From assembly GCA_963663475.2 (NCBI GenBank), contig CAXXJV010000001.1, positions 32,001 through 96,000 on the forward strand: a DNA stretch of 64,000 nt. The letters are read 5' to 3'. The translations under genes and the position numbers were made by a program. The DNA is from Candidatus Cloacimonadales bacterium. Lineage in GTDB: Bacteria > Cloacimonadota > Cloacimonadia > Cloacimonadales > JAFGVF01. The notes below the pieces were generated by a model that did no database searches, had not been told where the DNA came from, and worked only from the letters and a program-made list of their open reading frames with translations. Below are positions 51,001 through 60,600 of the stretch, in pieces (positions within the stretch are counted from its first letter, which is position 1; each line of letters begins with the position of its first letter).

Positions 51001-51617
51001 GAGATGGTTGGGCTTATGATATTGGATTTGGTGGTTTAGATCACGTACTAGCTCAAAACAAAAATGTAAATATCTTAGTTATGGATACTGAAGTTTACTC
51101 TAATACTGGTGGTCAAGCTTCTAAAGCTACTCCATTAGGTTCTGTTGCTAGATTCGCTGAATCTGGTAAGACAACTAATAAAAAAGATTTAGGCAAAATG
51201 ATGATGACCTATGGTTATGTTTATGTTGCTCAAATCTCAATGGGTGCAAACAAGAATCAAGCTATTAAAGCTATTAAAGAAGCAGAAGCATATGATGGTC
51301 CATCAATCATCTTAGCATATGCTCCATGTATTAATCATGGTATCAATATGGCTGAAGCTCAAAAAATTGAAAAAGCTGCTGTTGATTGTGGCTACTGGAT
51401 TACCTACAGATACAACCCTGCATTAAAAGCAGAAGGTAAGAATCCATTCCAATTAGATTCAAAGAAACCTACTGGTGATCCTATTGAATTCATCGAAGCT
51501 GAAAAGAGATATTCTTCCTTAAGAAGAACTTTCCCTGATAAAGTTGATGAATATCGTGAAGAATTACGAAAATGGGTAAATGAAAGATACGAAAGCTATG
51601 CTAAAATGGCTGAATAA
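48090..51617 (+). CDS. nifJ: Pyruvate:ferredoxin (flavodoxin) oxidoreductase
   Basis: DGNTAAA, YPITPSS, GLGSDGTVGANK, CIQCNQC..VCP, FSGACAGCGETPY, GGDGWAYDIG, YSNTGGQ. Confidence 0.97.
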   Translation: MAQFKKETMDGNTAAAHVAYAFSEVAAIYPITPSSNMGESTDAWAANGRKNIFGTTVDVAELQSEGGASGAVHGALSAGALTTTFTASQGLLLMLPNMHKIAGEMLPTNFWVSARSLAAQSLSIFGDHSDVMSARNTGFALMACNSVQEIMDIGVASHLSTLKSSIPFLTFFDGFRSSHEIQKIEVIDYDTIASLVEPEYIEKFRENALNPEAPRLKTGAQNPDVYFQGRETTNKHYEATPAIVEEYLKKVSALVGRDYNLFDYVGAPDAESIIVAMGSGCETIEEAVEYLNKNGKKYGLLKVRLFRPFSVEHFVNAIPESVKRVAVLDRTKEPGSIGEPLYLDVVTALKGKCLNIIGGRYGLSSKEFTPGMVKSVFDHLDNDGFHGFTVGINDDVSHKSLPINQVINAIPADTISCKFWGLGSDGTVGANKNSIKIIGDNTELWAQGYFQYDSKKSGGITRSHLRFGKSKIRAQYTVNSPDFVACHNPAFIGRFDILEGIKEGGTFLLNSQFSNDEVFANLTEDMQRTIIEKKIKLYNINALEIANKVGLGGRINTVMQAAFFIISNVLPKDTAIDLIKKAIVKSYTKKGDEIVKMNILAVDKVEEALVEINVPAEMIADHIKSKQLVPADADDFTKQVIEPIMREKGDDIPVSAMPIDGYIPTGTAALEKRGVAPFVPHWDASKCIQCNQCSMVCPHAAIRAKLIPVDALEDAPESFVTLDEMMEARKGQVDHKYKIQVYIDDCQGCKACVLECPKDALSMSPIEEERAAGEQANYEYFEKLPTDILGAYKEDTVKGSQFKQPLLEFSGACAGCGETPYVKLITQLVGDRMLIANATGCSSIWGGTFPTVPYCKNQFGNGPAWANSLFEDNAEYAYGFRLAVNANRKQLRYNVEKLLPLLNCQGCTEKFNYALENWDAVDQAAKENINEIKKILPTLLEKATPETKPMIEKIIELKSYFLQKSVWGFGGDGWAYDIGFGGLDHVLAQNKNVNILVMDTEVYSNTGGQASKATPLGSVARFAESGKTTNKKDLGKMMMTYGYVYVAQISMGANKNQAIKAIKEAEAYDGPSIILAYAPCINHGINMAEAQKIEKAAVDCGYWITYRYNPALKAEGKNPFQLDSKKPTGDPIEFIEAEKRYSSLRRTFPDKVDEYREELRKWVNERYESYAKMAE

Positions 51618-51636
51618 GCTTTTACCTTAAAATAAT

Positions 51637-51671
51637 AAAAACAGGAATTCTTTGAATTCCTGTTTTTTTTT
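51637..51671 (+). terminator. Intrinsic (possibly bidirectional) terminator after nifJ
   Basis: AAAAACAGGAATTC-TTT-GAATTCCTGTTTTTTTTT. Confidence 0.85.
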
Positions 51672-51721
51672 GTTTTACCCCAAATAGTTTAGTAGAACTT
51701 GATGAAGAGTGCTACTCCATT

Positions 51722-51916
51722 ATCCCAAATAATGCAATAGATCTTTGAGAATAGCACTATATTCTTTTGCAAAAGTAACTTACATAATTCTTCCGAATAT
51801 ATATATTATATGCGTCATAATTCTGCAAGCTATTTTGCTAAAAGAATTTGCACTCTGCACCTGTGATACTTAGCTTTAGCGAAGTATTACTAAAGATCTA
51901 TTGCAACATTTGGGAT
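51722..51916. mobile_element. Foldback MITE-like element, reverse orientation, 195 bp
   Basis: 25-bp terminal IRs, 23/25 identical (ATCCCAAATAATGCAATAGATCTTT); a partial end sits at ~51677-51718. Confidence 0.8.
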
Positions 51917-51925
51917 TATTTGGAC

Positions 51926-54676
51926 CTACAACCTTTCTCTATTTTTATATTCAAGAGCAGATTCTAGAATAAAAGCAAAACTAGCTATAGACAAGATATC
52001 TGGAAAAACAGCATCAATGGTATCAAAGACTTTGCCATCTTTGTTATCATCAATATCAGCAACAATATATGGTTTATTGATATTTTCCATTTCTTTTATC
52101 TCTTGTAAAGACTCTAAATCATTAATACTAGCAATTGTTAAGTCTATGAAAATAACATCAAATGTATCTTTTAAAAGTATTTCTTTTAAGTCTTGATCTG
52201 GGGCACATATCTGAACTTTTTGATTAAGAACTTGAGAAATCTTGTAGAGAATTTGATGATTAATATTGCTATAATTAACTAGCAGAAGCTTTAGTGGCAG
52301 TAATTTATTAGTAAGATCAAGACTATTCTTACCTACTTCATTGGGAAGGATATATCTTTCTATACTATTCATATCACTAGAATCTGAAGGACTATCACTC
52401 AGTTCCTTCTCAGAATAGTTTTTAATAGTAAAGATAAACTCTTTATCTGGGTTAATATCACTAGCATATTCAATCTTTCCACCTAGCTGGTCTACCAATT
52501 TGTTTATCACAAGATAGTTAAATCTTAGTTCACTTATCATACTCAAATCATGTATGTCTTCTTGCTTCTTGTTCTCAACCTTTATATACTCCCTAGCTAT
52601 AGTTCCTTGCCAAGAAACAATAGTGAACCTAAGCAAATCATCAGCAGACATTGCTACATCAATAAGTATTGGAATACTTGGGTCAAATTTAGCTAATTTA
52701 ATAATAATGATTTCTAAAAGTTTTTCTAGCTGTTTAACGGCCAAATAAGTTTGTTTCCTTAAATCAGAATCTACCCTATAATACATCTCATTAATGTTAG
52801 TTCTTTCGGTAAAGAATTCTAAAATATACTGAAGTAGTTCTGGCAGATAAACTTCTTGTATTGGAAATGCCTCTGGAGCTGATTCTATTTGAAATTCAGT
52901 CATTTCATTCACTATATAAAGAAGTTGACTTGTCAGATTTTTTACTATTTTATAAGTATCTTCATCTTCATTATTCTCACTAGTATATTCAAGAAAATCT
53001 ACAAGACCATAGATTGATTTGAGCGGAGTATTGAGATCTTTACCAAAATTACTATAAAATTTTCTCTTGGCTTCATTGAAAGCTTTCTGTTCTTCAAGCA
53101 GTAGTTGCATTTTATTCTGCACAGCATTCTTTTGGCTAATATCAGTAATAGATGAGATAATTTCTCTGGTTTCTGGCACCAAAACAACATTTAAAAGGGC
53201 ATCTATGACAAATCCTTTCTTATTAACTAGCTTAACCTCATAGGTATCGATTTTTGGTAATTCATTATTGTAACGACCATCTCGATTAGCTTGCATTTTG
53301 TCCATATCAGCCTTATCTATGAATGCCTTCCAAGTTAATTTATTAATAATCTCTTCTTTAGTATAGCCACTTAGTTCAACAAACTTATCATTTACCATAG
53401 TCACTATACCATCTTCAGCCACAGTAATCATTGCTATTCCAGTATTTTCATATACAGACCTGTATTTTTTCTCTTCACTTTGCAATTCTTTGGTTCTTTC
53501 ATCGACCATGATTTCAAGATTCTCTTTAAGATCTGACAGTTTCTGGTAAGAATTCATTAGCTCATTTTTTAATCTATTCTTCTTAACTAAGGTTATTATC
53601 AGCCAGAAAATTATTAAAGAAAGAATTAGGACAATAACAGCAAAACGTAAGATGATATCTTTATGACTTTGAAAATATGACTCTTGATAATTAATGAAAA
53701 CAGAGTTTTCTGGAACATCTTTTATACTAATACCCCATTTCTGCATTACCTTATAATCGAAATAATAACCATTAGGGCTAACATCAATAATATCTAGCTT
53801 TTCTGCTTCTGCACCTTCAAGTATTTGAATTGCTAGATTGGCAGCATTCTCTCCCTGTAGTCTACCGCTAGTAAGATAGCCACCGACAGCTCCATAACCT
53901 AATGAAAAGTCAATGGATACATAAACTGGTACTGCTGAGTATTTTGCTACTAAAAGGGCACTTTCATCATACTCTAAAAAAGCACCTTGATTATCTTTAA
54001 AAAAAAGACTATAAAGAACTATGGTATCTTGATCTAAATTTGCTAGTAGTTCTTTCAGCTCTTCTATCGAAACATCTTCAACAATCTCAATTTCCACATC
54101 CTCTTTAAATTCTCTCATGTCAGCTAGGATATTTATCCTATTCTCTTTACCAGTTGGAGTCATTTCATTTAGAACAATAATCTTTTTTACATTCTTATGA
54201 ATGCTCTTTATCAGTTGGAAATTCTCTAAAGATATAATTTTTTCTCTTACACCTGTAACATTATTCATACCTTCTAATTGAGATGGGTGGAAGTAGTTTA
54301 ATCCGCAAAATACCAGAGGCGCTTCCTTAAAAATGGATTTATGGAGCTCTTTTACTAATTCAAAAGCATTGTTATCCGCTGTTATTATTAAGTCAAAATG
54401 ACTATCTTTGTACTTATATTCAAGCATCATTTTTAGGTTATCTTTGAAATCTTGATTATTAAATCTTTTAGTATCTAAAAATTCAGTTTTAATTCTTATA
54501 TTATGGTTGTATTTTTTTAAAGATGTTTTTATTGCTGTATCTATATTATCTGACCAAAGAAAACCAGAATGATATGATTGAATTATTAGAACTTGAGGTA
54601 TTTCATAGTCACTTGTTTCTGCCTTAACGATTTGGAAAGACATTATTATAATAATAAAAAATAATATTCTTTTCAT
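51926..54676 (-). CDS. Membrane sensor: periplasmic ABC-substrate-binding-like domain, TM, PAS, degenerate His-kinase and receiver-like domains
   Basis: VLIIQSYH...WS, EFLDTKR, LGYGAVGG; PAS (ELSGYTKEEII); H-box reads FGKDLNTPL with no His. Confidence 0.75.
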   Translation of the reverse strand: MKRILFFIIIIMSFQIVKAETSDYEIPQVLIIQSYHSGFLWSDNIDTAIKTSLKKYNHNIRIKTEFLDTKRFNNQDFKDNLKMMLEYKYKDSHFDLIITADNNAFELVKELHKSIFKEAPLVFCGLNYFHPSQLEGMNNVTGVREKIISLENFQLIKSIHKNVKKIIVLNEMTPTGKENRINILADMREFKEDVEIEIVEDVSIEELKELLANLDQDTIVLYSLFFKDNQGAFLEYDESALLVAKYSAVPVYVSIDFSLGYGAVGGYLTSGRLQGENAANLAIQILEGAEAEKLDIIDVSPNGYYFDYKVMQKWGISIKDVPENSVFINYQESYFQSHKDIILRFAVIVLILSLIIFWLIITLVKKNRLKNELMNSYQKLSDLKENLEIMVDERTKELQSEEKKYRSVYENTGIAMITVAEDGIVTMVNDKFVELSGYTKEEIINKLTWKAFIDKADMDKMQANRDGRYNNELPKIDTYEVKLVNKKGFVIDALLNVVLVPETREIISSITDISQKNAVQNKMQLLLEEQKAFNEAKRKFYSNFGKDLNTPLKSIYGLVDFLEYTSENNEDEDTYKIVKNLTSQLLYIVNEMTEFQIESAPEAFPIQEVYLPELLQYILEFFTERTNINEMYYRVDSDLRKQTYLAVKQLEKLLEIIIIKLAKFDPSIPILIDVAMSADDLLRFTIVSWQGTIAREYIKVENKKQEDIHDLSMISELRFNYLVINKLVDQLGGKIEYASDINPDKEFIFTIKNYSEKELSDSPSDSSDMNSIERYILPNEVGKNSLDLTNKLLPLKLLLVNYSNINHQILYKISQVLNQKVQICAPDQDLKEILLKDTFDVIFIDLTIASINDLESLQEIKEMENINKPYIVADIDDNKDGKVFDTIDAVFPDILSIASFAFILESALEYKNRERL

Positions 54677-54956
54677 AATAACCTCTAATATAATGATATA
54701 GATAAGATAAGTAAAATAAATTTAATTACAACTTATTTTTTAAGATTTTATAATTACCTCAAGTATAGCTATTACAATAGACTTTTAGCTGGACTTTTTT
54801 GCTTGTCATAAACAATAAGTTCCCTTTTTCAATAGACATCTATATAGTAAGCTGGCTTTCTACTTAAGTGTTCAGAGATAATTTATATATTTTTCTTGAC
54901 TAAAATTACATGCAATTAGTTCTTGGATAATAATACATAATAATTGAGGAGCTATC

Positions 54957-55121
54957 ATGGCAAAGAATTACCGTGGAAAGAATATTGAAAAGAAAAGAGG
55001 AACTTGCCCTTCTTGTGGAAGAACAGGTGTTAAGCTTCTTCATGAAGTTAAAAAAGATGATAAAACTATAATGGTTTGTAAGGTTTGCAAAAAAGTAGAC
55101 CCAGCAAAAATAGAAGCATAA
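54957..55121 (+). CDS. 54-aa basic zinc-ribbon protein (not in ORF track)
   Basis: GAGGAG RBS; MAKNYRGKNIEKKRGTCPSCGRTGVKLLHEVKKDDKTIMVCKVCKKVDPAKIEA; upstream TTGACT and downstream terminator. Confidence 0.85.
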   Translation: MAKNYRGKNIEKKRGTCPSCGRTGVKLLHEVKKDDKTIMVCKVCKKVDPAKIEA

Positions 55122-55127
55122 GTTTAT

Positions 55128-55153
55128 GAGGCTATTTAGCCTCTTTTTTTTTT
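55128..55153 (+). terminator. Intrinsic terminator
   Basis: GAGGCTA-TT-TAGCCTC followed by a long T-run. Confidence 0.75.
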
Positions 55154-56696
55154 ACAAGATAGGAGAGAAAAGTCTTGCTACTCCTATCTTTAATTTTGTA
55201 AAAAAGGAGATATTATCAATATCTTGAAGCCTTATCAGCCGTGAATTTTCTATATCTTCAAAGAATTGTTTTTCCATTTCTCTCGTTGTTTTTTCATCAT
55301 ATATCAAACCATTAATCTCAAAATTCTGCACAAATGATCTTATATCCATATTTGCAGTTCCTATAGAACATACTTCCCCATCTACCAGCATTACTTTAGC
55401 ATGAATAAAACCTCTTTGATACTCATAGATTTTAACTCCTGCTTCCATTAATTCTTGATAATACGACCTAGTTCCCCAGAAAACAACTATATGGTCTGCC
55501 TTTCCAGGTACAATAATTCTCACATCGACTCCACTTAAGGCTGAAGTTATTAGAGCCATACTAAGGCTCTCATTGAGAATTAGATAGGGTGAAGTTATAT
55601 AGATTTTATTTTGAGCTTTTGTTATTGCTGAGAAATATATTTGCATAATGCTTTCCCAGTTGGAATCTGGTCCTGAAGTAACTATTTGCATAGGCAATTT
55701 ATCTTCGAGACCCACTTCTGGATAAAACTCCTGTTTAAAGAGATATTCTTTAGAAACAAAAAAGAGATCAGTTAAAAAAACTGTCTGTAAGGCATAGACA
55801 GAGCCACCGATTATTCGCATATGAGTATCTCGCCAATAACCAAAATATTTATCTCTACTAGCATACTTATCACCTATGTTAAGTCCACCTAAATAAGCTA
55901 TCTTGCCATCAATAACAACAATTTTTCTATGGTTTCTGTAGTTAAACCTACTGTTAAAGAAAGGTAGCCTTACTTTATTGAAATAATGGCATTCAACTCC
56001 ATGCTTGCTTAGTTTTTTTGCTAGAGTAAATCTAAACTTCCAAGAACCAACATCATCAACAATTATTCTAACCTTAACCCCTTCTTTAGCTCTTCTAATT
56101 AGCAGGGCTGAGAGTTCTTTTCCCAAATGATCTGTAGCAAAAGCAAAATATTCCAGATGAATATGTTGCTTTGCTTGAGCAATATCTTTAAACATTGCCC
56201 CAAAGAGTTTATTTCCATCAGGATAAATATTCACTCTGTTATACTCACTCAAGAAAGCTTTACTATTCTTATGGAGTAGGTGGGATATTCTATGACTTAA
56301 AGGGGTTTTAAAAAGTTCCTTATTGGCATAACTACTATTCAAAAATTTGTACATAGATTTAAACTCTATCCTATCAACAAGTTCTTTATCAGAAAACATT
56401 TTTCGTTTTCTAAAATTGCGTCCTAAAGTAAGATAAAAGAAAATACCAAGAACAGGTATGAAGAGAAGGACAAGTAACCAGGCAAAAGTATGAGCAGAGG
56501 ATTTTCTTTCAATAATGATAACTATTGTTATTGTTATCACTGATATAGCTGATAAAACAGCCCAAACTGTTGAGATCGTTAGCATGTGAGGTTTCTGAAT
56601 AAAAAAAGCTATAATGGCTAAAATAGCTAAGATTATTGCTGAAGAATAGAAAAATAATTTCTTTTTTAAATATCTGGGATGTTTAGTAGTTAACAT
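55152..56696 (-). CDS. cls: Cardiolipin synthase
   Basis: N-terminal TMs/PLDc_N; two HKD motifs (NHRKIVVIDG, HAKVMLVDG); GTANMDIRSF. Confidence 0.93.
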   Translation of the reverse strand: MLTTKHPRYLKKKLFFYSSAIILAILAIIAFFIQKPHMLTISTVWAVLSAISVITITIVIIIERKSSAHTFAWLLVLLFIPVLGIFFYLTLGRNFRKRKMFSDKELVDRIEFKSMYKFLNSSYANKELFKTPLSHRISHLLHKNSKAFLSEYNRVNIYPDGNKLFGAMFKDIAQAKQHIHLEYFAFATDHLGKELSALLIRRAKEGVKVRIIVDDVGSWKFRFTLAKKLSKHGVECHYFNKVRLPFFNSRFNYRNHRKIVVIDGKIAYLGGLNIGDKYASRDKYFGYWRDTHMRIIGGSVYALQTVFLTDLFFVSKEYLFKQEFYPEVGLEDKLPMQIVTSGPDSNWESIMQIYFSAITKAQNKIYITSPYLILNESLSMALITSALSGVDVRIIVPGKADHIVVFWGTRSYYQELMEAGVKIYEYQRGFIHAKVMLVDGEVCSIGTANMDIRSFVQNFEINGLIYDEKTTREMEKQFFEDIENSRLIRLQDIDNISFFTKLKIGVARLFSPIL

Positions 56697-56702
56697 AGAA
56701 TT

Positions 56703-57509
56703 TTATAAGTATTTTAAGTATTCTCTACCTTCTACTCCAGCATATAGCTCAATATATTTCTTAACTGGACTTTTTAATATTTTAGGGAATAAAACTTCTT
56801 CAATCTGGAAGAAACCCACAGAAGCAGTCATTGTTACTTTAATCTCAATTGCTTTATGCTGACCTTTTTCAAACCTAACTTTTTGAATTGCATTAGCTGA
56901 AGTACGATGAATATCACCAGGTTTAGGATTTGAAGCCAATAAAGTTGGTATTCTAGCCCTTCCATGTTCCATATCAGCTCCATCTGCTATCAAGACTAAT
57001 CCTGCTTCTAAGGAGTGGATTTTCTGGGTACCCATATGACCAAAAATACCCTCTATAGCTATAGACTGAACAGCCATTTTAGTTTTTATATCTGATTTAT
57101 CATAGACTAAATCAAGGTATTTTCTTATATAAGGCAAGGCAATTTGCACACTCATAAGTTCATGATTTTCACGAGCTATACTCATACCAAAATCATGAAA
57201 TAAAGATGCTAAAATTATCCCTATAAGTGAATCCTCTTTACTCCCTAACCCTTCCTTTTCTAAATTAAATTTTACTCCATTTTCTGATAACAAGCCAAAC
57301 ATCACAATAGCATTTAAAGTTGCCTTCCGCATGTGAACAGGCCCATGGTCATTATAACCTAACCTTTTTATTGAAACACTATTGCAATAATCCTGGAGAG
57401 CTTGAATTTCCTCATCTTGAAAAATACTTTCAGTAATCTGGTAAGCCTTACCTGCTAATAAGTTTAGTATTTTTTCTTCAAAATGTGTTTGTTTAACTGA
57501 TTTATTCAT
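56703..57509 (-). CDS. HD-superfamily phosphohydrolase
   Basis: NDHGPVH, LFHDFG, HMG, ADGADM..GRAR. Confidence 0.8.
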   Translation of the reverse strand: MNKSVKQTHFEEKILNLLAGKAYQITESIFQDEEIQALQDYCNSVSIKRLGYNDHGPVHMRKATLNAIVMFGLLSENGVKFNLEKEGLGSKEDSLIGIILASLFHDFGMSIARENHELMSVQIALPYIRKYLDLVYDKSDIKTKMAVQSIAIEGIFGHMGTQKIHSLEAGLVLIADGADMEHGRARIPTLLASNPKPGDIHRTSANAIQKVRFEKGQHKAIEIKVTMTASVGFFQIEEVLFPKILKSPVKKYIELYAGVEGREYLKYL

Positions 57510-57614
57510 TAAAACTCCCTTATCGTTTTTTATAAACTAGTAATATTTCCTAAATTTACAAATTTTATCTTATTTATTCTCCCTTTCTCTGTTTCTTCTA
57601 TGTAAACTGAGATT

Positions 57615-60600
57615 CTACTTCATGACACATATCTTTCTAATTTTCTGGGATTTTTCATCTTTATATTTTAGGAAATAGACTCCTGAGCTTACTCTCTGTC
57701 CCTGATTGTTTGTCAAGTTCCACTTCAAGTTTGTATTTTCTTCTTTACAATCCTGCACATGGAAGTCTTTAACTTTCTGCCCTTTAAGATTATAGATAGT
57801 AAGTGAATAGCTTGTGTTTTTAGTATTAGGAATATAAATATTAGCTATTTTAGAAATCGGGTTAGGGCTAACTTGGATATTTCTAACTGGGACAACATCA
57901 TTATTTTCATTATCAGTGATGGTAGTAATGGTTAGTTGAGCTTCATAGTTGCCACTTTCATCAGTTTCTGGTATTGTTTGAAAAACATTAGTCAATCTGA
58001 TTTGATTATTTCCCATAATTAAATCAAGCGGGTAATTATCAGGGTTATTGCTCTCTTTTATACGGATTTGAACTGCTTGATCAAGGGTATTAGTAAAAGC
58101 AAGATCCCATTGATAAGTATCTTCTCTACTTGGATCTAACATTTTTTGGTGCATTTTAGGATAGTAATTGCTAAGAGGAGGCTGACTAACAATATAAGCT
58201 TCTGTAAGTCCATAACTTGGTCTTAGAGGTGCTTTCATAACATCATAATAGAAATCTATCACAGGTGTTAGGTTATTTTGCAGTCCAATGGTAACTTCAT
58301 CTTTAGCTCCGTTAAGAGTTTTCAGTTGGAGAGTGAAGAAGACTTGAGCAGGCTCATAGGTAAAGTTTTCATTAAGGTTAACTGGATCAAATCTAATATT
58401 AATGAGAGAGTTAGATACCTGGCAGAGAAAGGCACTTTCAAAAGCTCTGAGAGTATCAATACGAGTATAGGCTCCATCTCTCACCCCTATAATCGCAGGA
58501 AGGATCATTTGACTGTTAACTAAAGTCTTATAACTTTTCATAAGTCCGTTCACTTCGAAGAGAAAATCTTTAACAGCATAATCCAGAGGGTGTGGATTAC
58601 TTATATGATTCCAGCCTTGATTAAGCTGATACTGACTACTTTCTAAGTATGGCAAACTACTTATCGGAATATTTTGATCATTACTAACATTTATCAAGTA
58701 AGCATTATTATGGGAAAGTAGTGAGCAATTAGTGAATTCTTCGTCAAAGAAAGAATATGCTTGCAAGTTTTCTTGATACAAAGCTAGATCTAGGTCATCA
58801 ATAAAAGGATATGAGAATAAGTAATTAGCAGACTGCGATGAAAGATTTAGTTCTTGGATTTCAGAAATAAGCACAAATCTAGAATAAGACTTGTAGTCTA
58901 TAATTTGTCCATCACTAGCATTTACTCTTACCATCAAATTCATCATTCTATAGTCTTCTGAATTATCATTAAGATAGTTGAAAGAAGTAGTTGTCGCAGG
59001 TAAATTACTTGCCACAAAAATTGAATCTCTCCCATTAGTAAAATATAAATCTATATCATTAACTAGTTGAGGATAATCGAGATCCCAGTTTAGGTCAATC
59101 TCATTTCCTTGATAGGAAATTGCAGAGGTAAGATTAGGAAATGATACTTGAGCTTGGAGATTTCCCCAGATCAGTTTAAGCTCATAATTACCAGGTTCAG
59201 GAAAACTTATAAGAGGCTCTTGATCAGTAAGGGAATATAGATTCCCTGCATATTCAAGGTAAAATCTTTCAGATAAACGGGGAGCATCAAGAGAAAAAGT
59301 AAGATTTTCTGGGGGATTATTAATAATTAAGTCCATATACCTAACTTCTGATATAGGATCAAAATCACCAATTATATTTCTAGTAAGTTTCTGATTATCA
59401 GCATTTATAGCTAAATAGTCTTCTGTTGACTCATTCATTTGATCATAGACATCATCATAAGAATCAGTAGCATAATAGCTTTTGCCAAAGGTGATACTTT
59501 CATCCCATGAGTTACCAGTAGAAGCTAAGTTAATATAGCTTGCTAAGGAAGCATGCATAATCTGAGAAATCTGACCACTTGTTCCAGCAGTATTTACCAC
59601 ATGCACCTTATAAGCATAAATATTTGTAATTTCAACATTAGTATCAGTAAATGAAAAGAACTGGGTATAAGGGCTAGTTATCTGTAGATCTGAATTATTT
59701 TCATAACTGGAATACAAGGCAAAATCTGAATCACCTTCTTTCCTATATACTTCAAAACCAAGGCAGTTTTGTTGCTGATTCATAGACCAATCAAAGCTGA
59801 TGTTAGAATCGCTAGCAAAGAAATCAAATTCAGAGGTTATTATAGGTAGGGTATTATAGATTATTTCTTCAGAAAGCTCTGAAACATTCCCATTATAATC
59901 TCTAGTTCTCATTGCCATATAATAGGTTTGATTTATTTCTAAATCTGGCAAAGAAGCATTATCTGTCATTGGGTAAGCAAGTCTTTCAACTTGTTCACGA
60001 TTCACTATACTATAATTATTTTCAGAAATTGGATCTACAGAGTAGAGAATTTCATAAGAATAAAAATCATAAGCGGGAGCGAGATCCCAAGCTATAGAGT
60101 TCCCCCCTCCTCCATAATATCTTCTTAAATTGGTGGGAGCTTCTGGAATCAGTCCATCATCAAACTCAATCCAGTCTGCTACCGAAGAAGTTAAGGCTGT
60201 AAGAAATGGTTGGTAATAACTTGCAAGTTTGGTATATCTTTGTAACATATTCCAGCTATTATTATATGAATTGAAACCATAAAATTCTTTGAAAGATTCT
60301 TCGTTTTGACTATAACAATTGGGAAGCTCATCAAATTCTACATGGAAAAAAGGGGAAAAGACATCCCATTCACTAAAGTTACTAGTTGAATATTGATCAT
60401 GAAAAGAGTTAGGATAACCAGGTAAATCTACTTGGGAGCTAATTTCTAAGGTATCTTGATAAATTGTTGGATAAAAGTAATTATGGACACTATAATAATC
60501 GCTAACTACCACTTGTTCATTATTGCCTATACTAGCTTGAGGGACAACAATATAATCAGTATATTGGATAAGATCTTGTTGAAGAGGTGAAAAGTCTCTA

